A stretch of 64,000 nucleotides of DNA from the NCBI GenBank assembly GCA_002840555.1, contig PHBJ01000004.1, positions 21,150 through 85,149 on the forward strand, read 5' to 3'. Shown in pieces: positions 52,372-60,306 of the stretch. Under the pieces are notes generated by a model. It made no database searches, was not told the origin of the DNA, and worked only from the letters and a program-made list of their open reading frames with translations. The stretch comes from Deltaproteobacteria bacterium HGW-Deltaproteobacteria-13 (GTDB lineage Bacteria > Desulfobacterota > Syntrophia > Syntrophales > Smithellaceae). The position numbers and the translations under genes were made by a program. Positions within the stretch are counted from its first letter, which is position 1; each line of letters starts with the position of its first letter.

Positions 52372-53829
52372 TCAGAATTGAGGAGCCGCGGCCGGCAGGG
52401 CCGTAGAATCGATTCCTTCGCACAGCGCGTTGTTCACGGTCAGATTTCCCTGGGCGTCCAGCTTCACCGTCCAGATCGTATCGTAGTCGCTATGCGGCCA
52501 AAAGAGCGCCGGGACCGGATCGCTGCCGCCATAGCTCTGAAGGAGATAAGTGATCAGCGGCGGATAGTGTTCATGCTCCCACGCCAGCAGCACAGTTTGA
52601 TTGGAGAGATTGCCGCCGGTAAAAAGAAAGTCGCTGGTGGCTTTGGCTACACCCGGATCGGTCGCCTGCCCGATATAGAAGCTCGATACCAGATAATAGG
52701 GCAGATTATTGGCGATGGCATAGGGCAGCACCGTTAATGAGGGCCTGACATAGGAAACACTGAAGTCAGCGGCCAGGGTGAACGACTGCGCGGGGTCGAT
52801 GGCATAAACCACGGTGGGACTGGGTTGACCCCGCAGAGCGCTGGGCAGAAAGTTGGGAAGGGACAGCGCGCGCCATTGCCCCGCACCGACAAAGTTGCCG
52901 TCTTCAAAACTGCTCGACGGATGCGCTTCCGCGTGCCGGATCAGGTAAACCGTTTGGTTGGTGTTGGCTCCCGCCGGAATTTTGACGCCGTTCACCCCAT
53001 CGATCAGTGTGTAGCTGAAATAGTCCTGCTTCGTGCAAGCTGCGTTGACGATCGGCGGCGGGGGCAGCACCGGGTAAGTGGCGGGCGGATTCAGTTTGCT
53101 GTCGAAGGCAGCCAGGCTGGCGAAACCCTTCGGTGTAATAGAGATCACATAGACATAATTTGTGCCCATGTAGGCAGCGGGAAGATTCAGGTTATACCCC
53201 CCGGCCGTTTTGATATTTGTCAGCAGGCCGCTGATGGTTTCCCAGGGCGCCGAGAAGACATAAAAGCCCGGCTGATTTGAGTTGATGATACGGGTTACCA
53301 GGGCAATATTGTTTTCGTGCGCGTCGTTGAAGGCCAGCCCCTGAGCGCCGGGGATGTATGGACTGGGCTCAACAACACCGACGGGCGCGTCCCCCGGCGC
53401 ATACGCCGTATTGATCGGATAGCTGTTGGCGGTTGTATCTTGTATGGTGATCTGGTTGAGAAGGGCAAACTGCTGAATGAACCCGATTGCCGCCATATCA
53501 GGATAATTGTTGGCGGTCTGCAAATGCGTCATAGGCGCGAGCGCGTAAATGCCGGTTACATTGTTTGTCCCCAGCAGATGCGTTTTCAGATACGTGGCCA
53601 TGAGAAGCGAGCGTTGTAGTCCTTGACTGGTAAGGTTTGCCGTGTCGGGATTGATGTCGCCGGGTGTCTGGTAAGCCAAATCCGGGCTTACCACAAAGAT
53701 AAGATTGATGTTGTCGGCGGAAAGCGCAGCATTTATATTGGAACCGGAACTGCCTTCACATCCTGCAAACAGCGTCAGGACAAGAATCAGGAACAACGAC
53801 CATACAAAGGAAATTCTTTTCATGTTCAT
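52372..53829 (-). CDS. Lipoprotein with histidine-phosphatase-like domain(s)
   Basis: Lipobox FAGC; C-terminal half has IRHAE...GQWRA...RP..T..P...AWEH; N-terminal half looks like a degenerate copy. Confidence 0.65.
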   Translation of the reverse strand: MNMKRISFVWSLFLILVLTLFAGCEGSSGSNINAALSADNINLIFVVSPDLAYQTPGDINPDTANLTSQGLQRSLLMATYLKTHLLGTNNVTGIYALAPMTHLQTANNYPDMAAIGFIQQFALLNQITIQDTTANSYPINTAYAPGDAPVGVVEPSPYIPGAQGLAFNDAHENNIALVTRIINSNQPGFYVFSAPWETISGLLTNIKTAGGYNLNLPAAYMGTNYVYVISITPKGFASLAAFDSKLNPPATYPVLPPPPIVNAACTKQDYFSYTLIDGVNGVKIPAGANTNQTVYLIRHAEAHPSSSFEDGNFVGAGQWRALSLPNFLPSALRGQPSPTVVYAIDPAQSFTLAADFSVSYVRPSLTVLPYAIANNLPYYLVSSFYIGQATDPGVAKATSDFLFTGGNLSNQTVLLAWEHEHYPPLITYLLQSYGGSDPVPALFWPHSDYDTIWTVKLDAQGNLTVNNALCEGIDSTALPAAAPQF

Positions 53830-53850
53830 AATCCTCTCTTTTTGTGAACA

Positions 53851-55305
53851 TTAATGGGAGTTCACGCAATCGATTAAGCCTTGTTCGTCCATATGGCCTA
53901 TGCCGCACCGGTAAACCGGCCAGGTCTTATCGGTAATAGGATTAAAAGTCCCGGTGACGGGAATCGTGTAATTATGTCCGGAAAAATAGTGCTCTCTGTA
54001 AAGCTGTTGTTTTGCATTGTCCGTGGCGAGCTCCGGATAAAGTTGCCACAGAGAATCGTTCAGAAAACCATGCAGGAGATACGCCGTCGAAAAGGTATAA
54101 TAGATGTTAAACTGTTCGGGGTTAGCAGCGAGGTCATAGTTCAGGGATGTGTAGTCGGTCGCTTTGAAAGTATCGCCGGAAATCGTGAAGATCTTAAATG
54201 CGGGGTTGTTGCCAAAGTACGGAGCTATGCCTGGCGTTGTGACAGCCGGAAGACCGCGTGACACGATACGGTATTCGTCCATATGCGTATGCGCGGTAAA
54301 CATCTGGGTGATAAGGCCCGGATACCCTGAAAGTATGTCCAGAAAATGTTTTTGATAGTCCTGGTTCCACATCATGACGGCGGATGTAATGTGACCGTTG
54401 GCATCGACATTCTGGGCGGTTGAATATTTATCCGCTCCGGGAGGTATATGCATTAAGAGCCACACTTTTTTGCCGGCAGCCTGGGCTTGAGCGAGTTGTG
54501 AATCAAACCAGGCAAGCTCAGCGTCTGCGGCGCTCTTTAAGGCATCACCAAAATCATAGTTAAACATGACCGTATTGAGTCCTATCACCATCAAATTTGT
54601 TCCGGGCATGTTTGCGGAATAATATCCCCCTGTCGTGAAGGTATTCAGAAATGTCTGATGATCCGCAATGCCGTTCAAAAAATTTGTGTAATAAAGTTCC
54701 GCCGTATTGGAAAGAAAATCGGGCTCCGGCAGAGCGCCTATGTATGAATCGGCATTGCCAACGACGAACATGACGGGAATATCTCCGACGGTCGATCTCA
54801 CCTGCTCCATAAAAAAGGTAACTGTCTTGTCGGCAAAGGTCTTCATGGCGGCAACGGCAACAACGTCGGCTAAAATGTCTGCATCGTCCGGAACCGGCAC
54901 GCCGAGGTTCCCGTAATACAGTTCAAAAAAAGTTTTCGGAAAGTTATGCCCGATAATGTCGCCGGTAAAAATGATAAACGGACTCACTCCCAGGTTCCAC
55001 TTGATGCCCGAGAGCGTCAGAGCAAGCAGGGGATAGTTGGTATCGGCGCCCCATACCGCGGGCGCTGTTATTTTCGATGTCTGAAAAATAACCGCCCACT
55101 GGCCGGCATCCGCCGCGACAAGCGCCGGGAAAAGAGACGGGTCATAAAAAGGATTAAAATGAACATCCGAAAAAACAACCACGGAAAAGTTATCGGTGGC
55201 AGTGTTTGTTCCGTTGCCGGTACCTTTGCATCCTGCTGAAGAGAAAATCAGCATGCTCATTAAAAAGACTACCCAGAACTTTTTGAATTCAAAAGATGTC
55301 TTCAT
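53851..55305 (-). CDS. Lipoprotein metallophosphoesterase, acid sphingomyelinase-like
   Basis: Lipobox SAGC; SDVH, TGD..GH, GNAD, HIPPG, HTHMDE, P..GNNPAF. Confidence 0.85.
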   Translation of the reverse strand: MKTSFEFKKFWVVFLMSMLIFSSAGCKGTGNGTNTATDNFSVVVFSDVHFNPFYDPSLFPALVAADAGQWAVIFQTSKITAPAVWGADTNYPLLALTLSGIKWNLGVSPFIIFTGDIIGHNFPKTFFELYYGNLGVPVPDDADILADVVAVAAMKTFADKTVTFFMEQVRSTVGDIPVMFVVGNADSYIGALPEPDFLSNTAELYYTNFLNGIADHQTFLNTFTTGGYYSANMPGTNLMVIGLNTVMFNYDFGDALKSAADAELAWFDSQLAQAQAAGKKVWLLMHIPPGADKYSTAQNVDANGHITSAVMMWNQDYQKHFLDILSGYPGLITQMFTAHTHMDEYRIVSRGLPAVTTPGIAPYFGNNPAFKIFTISGDTFKATDYTSLNYDLAANPEQFNIYYTFSTAYLLHGFLNDSLWQLYPELATDNAKQQLYREHYFSGHNYTIPVTGTFNPITDKTWPVYRCGIGHMDEQGLIDCVNSH

Positions 55306-55405
55306 GAAACGCATCCTTCTTTATTCTATCCATTAAATACCCTTTCTATTTGATGAGGCCGTTCCGGTACACACGATTGGTGATCAATGTCTTCAGCTCA
55401 TCCTC

Positions 55406-58400
55406 TCAGTCGTCGTCGCCATCATGCCGGACCTTTGGCGCCCTGTTCTTGTCAAACAAGGCTGATAATTTGCTGACCCGGGGCTTAGGCATCTTTGCGT
55501 TTGGACCCCTGGCATCTTTCCAGAGGACCTCATTGAGGAGTCGGTACGGAGCAGCATCGGCAACTTTCCAGTTCATCTTGCTTGAGAGAACGGCCAGGCG
55601 CAGTCGGGGATCATTGGAAGCATACGACTCGATACTCGGATTTACTTCGCCAATGACGTCCCGCGGCGGCAGTATGGCAGTGTATGCCGCGCTGTTGTCC
55701 GGAGCCGTGTCCCAGCCACCCATGATGGGGTTGGAGAAGTGGTCGTACTGGCTCATGGGAGATAAGCCGAGCAGAAGCTCTATACTCTTCAACACGCTGT
55801 TCGTGTCGTAGAAACGAGAATCCACGGTCCCCCGTTTGATCCAGGGACTGATCACCTGGCAGAAGGAACGATGGGTATCGACGTGATCGTTGCTGAACTG
55901 GGCGTCGTCTTCTATGACAAAGATCACGGTGCTTTTCCAAATGGGGCTATGGCTCACGGCTTGCACCAGCTCACCCACGGCATAGTCATTGTCGGCCATC
56001 ATCGCCCTTGGAGAGCCATTTTTCGGATTTAGCCCCATGGTGTGATCCCGCATGAAGCGCACCATCATGAAAGCCGGAACGCTGTTGCCCGTGGGGTCCT
56101 GCTTTAACATCTCCTGGAACTCCCGGTTCCACTCCGAGAAACGGCTTGGCTGCGCTTGTCCTTGCGCTTTTATGGGCGAATTCAGGGATGCGTAGCAGCC
56201 TGTGCTCGGATTCCCATTCGGGCACGGCAGTGTCCCTGTCGTAAGTCCCAGGTCTGCGGCCTGGAAACCGTACTTTACCCAGGCGTCGCTATCGGCATAG
56301 TTGAAGTCAAACTTGCGGTAGTCATAGTCGCTCAATCCCGCAACCTGACCGGGGGGAGTCGGAATGTGTCCGGGAGGCGAGAGATTGGGCTTATTCGGAT
56401 AGTTGTCCGGTATCGATTGATAATTTTGCGGGTCCGATGGCGGCGGAGATGGCAACGTCTTTGCCGCGGCGCCCGACGACAGGAAGAAGCCGTAGTTGCG
56501 GTAGGTGAGCCCGGCCGCTTTGACGCCGTCCCAGATATATCCGCCCGGCGCTTCGGCAACATCCGGAATGGACGATGCGGGCTGGCAGGTGTTTGAAAGG
56601 CAGTTGTTATCCTGATCCCGGGCCGGGTAACCGCCTGTGACATAGCCGTTAACCTGTCCCTCGAAAGAATAATTGATTTCATACGTGGCCAGGGCCATCT
56701 GGTATATATAAGGGATGCTTTTAATGGTGAAAGCATTGGCCACACTTTGAGTGCACCATACCCAGCCTTCACCGCTCACCGGGGCATTGTTGTAAAAATT
56801 GTCCAGAAGGATGAAGCGCTCCGCCAGAGCGTGCTGGTTCGGGGTAATCTCCCGCCCGTAGATGGTCAGAGAGGGGTCCCCGTTACCCCGGGGCAGGTCG
56901 CCGAGAACCTGATCGTAGCCGCGGTTTTCCTTGATGATGTAAATCACATGCTTAATCTTGCCCGATTTGATGCCGATTCCGGCCAGCATTCTATCGGCAG
57001 AACTCCCCATTGCCGGCGTGTTCTGGTTGTTCAGGATCACTTGAGCCGTCGATGCAGCAAGAGAGGGCAAAGCCCGAGTCAGGTCAATTCGGGAGACGTT
57101 CCCCGGAATGGAATTCAGAACATAGCCGGGACCCGGAGCCGCCACCCATGCCGGGACGGGAGTGGCGTTAGTGTTGAATAACAGAACGTCGGGATTGAGA
57201 TAGTCAAGCTGGGGATTGGGGTTCATGGCCCTGGTTCCCCAACCGTTTACGACCAGCAGCGCCTTGCCATCCGGAGTGGCGGCAAGGGCCGTGGGGTACC
57301 ATCCCACCGGAATGTAGCCGTTCAACTGGTTTGTCCCCGCATCGATGACGCCGACCGCGTTGAAGTCGCCAAGCGATGCATACAAGGTCTTCTCGTCAGG
57401 AGAGAGTGCGAGGCCTGAAGGGGATACGCCGGGGAGACTGCTGACATTGGCCGGCCGCAGCAGCACTGTGGCTGTAACATTAAGCTGATCATTGACCACG
57501 TTAACCACCGATATTGTATCGCTCCCGGCATTGGCTATATACAAAAGGGTCTGTGCTTTATTGAGAAGCAGAGCCGAAGGATGCGTGAGGTTCGGGATTG
57601 TTGCGACCAGCGATATGTTGGCCGGGTCGGTCGTATTCAGGACATAGACGCAGCCGTCCCGCTGGCTGGCCACGTAGGCTCTGCTTGCATCCGATTTTGC
57701 GACTACAGCATACGGGAAAGAGGGCGTATTCGTGTTTGCCGCGTCGTTGAATGGGTAGAATCCAAGCCTTTTGCTGTCGCTTACACGATAGATTGAGAGC
57801 GTGGATGCCTGTTGATAGTTGGCCAGCAGATTGACGGAAAAGTAATTTGCCATAAAGATGTATCCGCTGGCAAAGGCAATGCCCGCCGGCTGATCAAGAG
57901 GCAAGTAAGAGAGAATACTAACCGGCGAAGGCTTGCCGGGGATGGTGCCTGTCGGCGTCTGCTGGGTGAGGGTTCCATCGGCGGCCAGTGTAAGCACGGC
58001 AACGGTGCCGTACGCTCCCTGGGCCGCATAGAGCGTGTAGGTGTTGTTATGCGGTGTCGGATCGAATGCGAGTCCATAAAAGAGCCCGCCGTTCGGTATG
58101 CTTGGATCGTCCGCGGGAAAGGAAAGCGAGCTTACGACTGCGCCGTCACTAACCCTCAATGTGCTCAGGCGCACATCCAGGCAACTGGACGTTGTGACGG
58201 CGTACCTGCCATCGGGGCTGATGACTATGTTCAATGGCATAACCCCGACCGGACCACTGGTTGTGCCCGCCGGCGTAATCCTCCGGCCGTTAACCAGAAT
58301 GTTGGAGGCCGATGGAGCGTTAGAACTGGAACTGCATCCGACGAAATAGACAGCACATAAGGCCGCCAGCGTGATTATTATAATTGTTCTTAAAAAGACT

Positions 58401-58435
58401 AAACAGAACTTTTTGCCTCCATAGAATGATTTCAT
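55406..58435 (-). CDS. Lipoprotein: YncE/YVTN beta-propeller + phosphoesterase (alkaline phosphatase superfamily)
   Basis: Lipobox FVGC; propeller repeats (GLALSPD, IPVGWYPT); HVIYIIKENR.YDQVLGD, DHT, DND.A.G, EDDAQ...DHVD.HR. Confidence 0.9.
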   Translation of the reverse strand: MKSFYGGKKFCLVFLRTIIIITLAALCAVYFVGCSSSSNAPSASNILVNGRRITPAGTTSGPVGVMPLNIVISPDGRYAVTTSSCLDVRLSTLRVSDGAVVSSLSFPADDPSIPNGGLFYGLAFDPTPHNNTYTLYAAQGAYGTVAVLTLAADGTLTQQTPTGTIPGKPSPVSILSYLPLDQPAGIAFASGYIFMANYFSVNLLANYQQASTLSIYRVSDSKRLGFYPFNDAANTNTPSFPYAVVAKSDASRAYVASQRDGCVYVLNTTDPANISLVATIPNLTHPSALLLNKAQTLLYIANAGSDTISVVNVVNDQLNVTATVLLRPANVSSLPGVSPSGLALSPDEKTLYASLGDFNAVGVIDAGTNQLNGYIPVGWYPTALAATPDGKALLVVNGWGTRAMNPNPQLDYLNPDVLLFNTNATPVPAWVAAPGPGYVLNSIPGNVSRIDLTRALPSLAASTAQVILNNQNTPAMGSSADRMLAGIGIKSGKIKHVIYIIKENRGYDQVLGDLPRGNGDPSLTIYGREITPNQHALAERFILLDNFYNNAPVSGEGWVWCTQSVANAFTIKSIPYIYQMALATYEINYSFEGQVNGYVTGGYPARDQDNNCLSNTCQPASSIPDVAEAPGGYIWDGVKAAGLTYRNYGFFLSSGAAAKTLPSPPPSDPQNYQSIPDNYPNKPNLSPPGHIPTPPGQVAGLSDYDYRKFDFNYADSDAWVKYGFQAADLGLTTGTLPCPNGNPSTGCYASLNSPIKAQGQAQPSRFSEWNREFQEMLKQDPTGNSVPAFMMVRFMRDHTMGLNPKNGSPRAMMADNDYAVGELVQAVSHSPIWKSTVIFVIEDDAQFSNDHVDTHRSFCQVISPWIKRGTVDSRFYDTNSVLKSIELLLGLSPMSQYDHFSNPIMGGWDTAPDNSAAYTAILPPRDVIGEVNPSIESYASNDPRLRLAVLSSKMNWKVADAAPYRLLNEVLWKDARGPNAKMPKPRVSKLSALFDKNRAPKVRHDGDDD

Positions 58436-58956
58436 AAAGCCCCCCTTAGGTTTTATTCCGAAAGTGGATTATCATCCGCTCCTGCAAAAAAAGCAATCAA
58501 AGAATACTCATACTTCACATGACTTTTTCTCCTCCCATTGGGCTGCCACTAAACACTGCGTAACCGGAACCACGCCGAATCAGGCAATGCCGGGCCATTT
58601 GTAAAAGGGGCTGATGGTTTCTACGAAAGACAATCACCATTGCTGCGGAATTTTTGAGGTTGCCGGGGAAACCGCAATAGAGGAGTGAAGTGCGGTTTCC
58701 CCGGACTATGTTACTGAAGTTAGTAATAATTACCGGCTCAGTGCGAAACCATACACAGTAGCCTTTCGCGATGGGATACCGTATCGAAACAGGCCACTGC
58801 ATCCGTTCAGATAATCAGCAAGTGAATACTCCGGTGCTGTTTATTTTTTTAGTCTGGTAAATTTCGATGATAAAGGCGACGCCGCTATTTTCGGGAACAT
58901 ACTGGAAACAGAAATTATCTGAACGATAATAATGCGGGTTTTTAAGACCAATTCCC

Positions 58957-58983
58957 CCGCCATCCCCCGTAAGAGGATGGCGG
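58957..58983 (-). terminator. Hairpin after thiolase, probable terminator
   Basis: CCGCCATCC/GGATGGCGG stem. Confidence 0.55.
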
Positions 58984-59024
58984 AAGAATTGCATAGAATT
59001 ACAGCTTGAGGCTAGAAGGGGCAA

Positions 59025-60218
59025 TTAAAGCATTTCATAAATAGCGGCAGCGCCCATTCCACCACCGATACACATGGAAACGATACCGCGTTTGCCGTTG
59101 CGACGTTTCAGTTCATGAAGCAGCTGAGCCGTCAATTTGGCACCGGTGCATCCCAGGGGATGACCCAGGGCAATCGCGCCGCCGTTGGGGTTAATGTCGC
59201 CTGCCCAATAACGGTCTTCGATACCGATCACGCGGCAGGAATAAATCGCCTGTGACGCAAAGGCTTCATTGATTTCAAAAACATCAATGTCTTTGTGCGT
59301 CAAACCAGCCATTTTCAATACTTTCGGAATAGCGTAAGCAGGACCAACACCCATTTCTTCCGCCCTGCAGCCGGCAACCGCATAATGGCTCAGTTTGGCG
59401 ATGGGTTTCAGTTTTAATGCTTTCGCCTTTTCTGCTGACATCAGCATGGAGAAAGCGGCGCCGTCTGTCATCTGTGAAGAGTTGGCAGCGGTACAATTTC
59501 CTCCCAGCCTGAAGGGTGATTTCAATTTACCCATATCCGCCAGGCTGACCGGCCATCTCACACCGTCATCCGTGTCAAAGGTGACTGTTTCACGAATGCG
59601 TTTACCGTCTTTCGTCTTGTATTTGAAAGCCTGAATGGGAATAATCTCCTCTTTGAATTTCCCGGCCTTGATGGCTTCATAAGCGCGGCGATTGCTTTCC
59701 ACGCCCATTTTATCCATATCTTCACGGGTAATATTATAATCCGCGGCCACATTTTCCGCCGTATTGCCCATGTTGATCCAAACATTGGGCATGCTGCCAT
59801 CAAATTTCCAATCCGGATTCGGACGCATGGCGGTACCACCCATGGGAATATGACTCATCGTTTCACAACCGCCGGCAATAATGATGTCCGACCAGCCGGC
59901 ACGAATCTTCGCTGTGGCATCGGCAATGGCCTGAACACCGGCTGAACAAAAACGGTTTACAGTCATGCCGGAGCATGTAATGGGCAAGCCCGCTCCCATA
60001 GCGAGAGTTCGTCCCAGAATCATGCCCTGCTCGGCTTCCGGAAACGCACAACCAACGATCAAATCATCAATGTCCGCCGGATCTACTTCCGGAACTTTTG
60101 CCAGCAGGCCTTTGACGACCTGGATACCATATGCATCAGATCTTGTTGCGGCAAGACCACCTCTTTTATATCTTCCACCGGCACTTCTTACCGATGCGAC
60201 AATGACAGCTTCACTCAT
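59025..60218 (-). CDS. fadA: Acetyl-CoA C-acyltransferase (thiolase)
   Basis: NRFCSAG, NEAFA, GHPLG, CIGGGMG. Confidence 0.93.
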   Translation of the reverse strand: MSEAVIVASVRSAGGRYKRGGLAATRSDAYGIQVVKGLLAKVPEVDPADIDDLIVGCAFPEAEQGMILGRTLAMGAGLPITCSGMTVNRFCSAGVQAIADATAKIRAGWSDIIIAGGCETMSHIPMGGTAMRPNPDWKFDGSMPNVWINMGNTAENVAADYNITREDMDKMGVESNRRAYEAIKAGKFKEEIIPIQAFKYKTKDGKRIRETVTFDTDDGVRWPVSLADMGKLKSPFRLGGNCTAANSSQMTDGAAFSMLMSAEKAKALKLKPIAKLSHYAVAGCRAEEMGVGPAYAIPKVLKMAGLTHKDIDVFEINEAFASQAIYSCRVIGIEDRYWAGDINPNGGAIALGHPLGCTGAKLTAQLLHELKRRNGKRGIVSMCIGGGMGAAAIYEML

Positions 60219-60306
60219 ATTACTTTCCTCCTTACAGGATTTTGTTATGTTAAATGCCGGAGGCTTAAGGTTTCAGGCCGCAAGCCTCCGAACATATCCT
60301 TTGTTT

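Noticed and set aside
58584-58597. Sigma-54 promoter TGGCCCGGCATTGC for the phosphoesterase cluster
   Set aside because: GG-to-GC spacing is 9 nt rather than the required 10.
58583-58624. Fluoride riboswitch (GGCAATG...GCTGATGGTTTCTAC)
   Set aside because: The 3' motif fits, but the 5' pseudoknot partner is missing and there is no downstream plus-strand gene.
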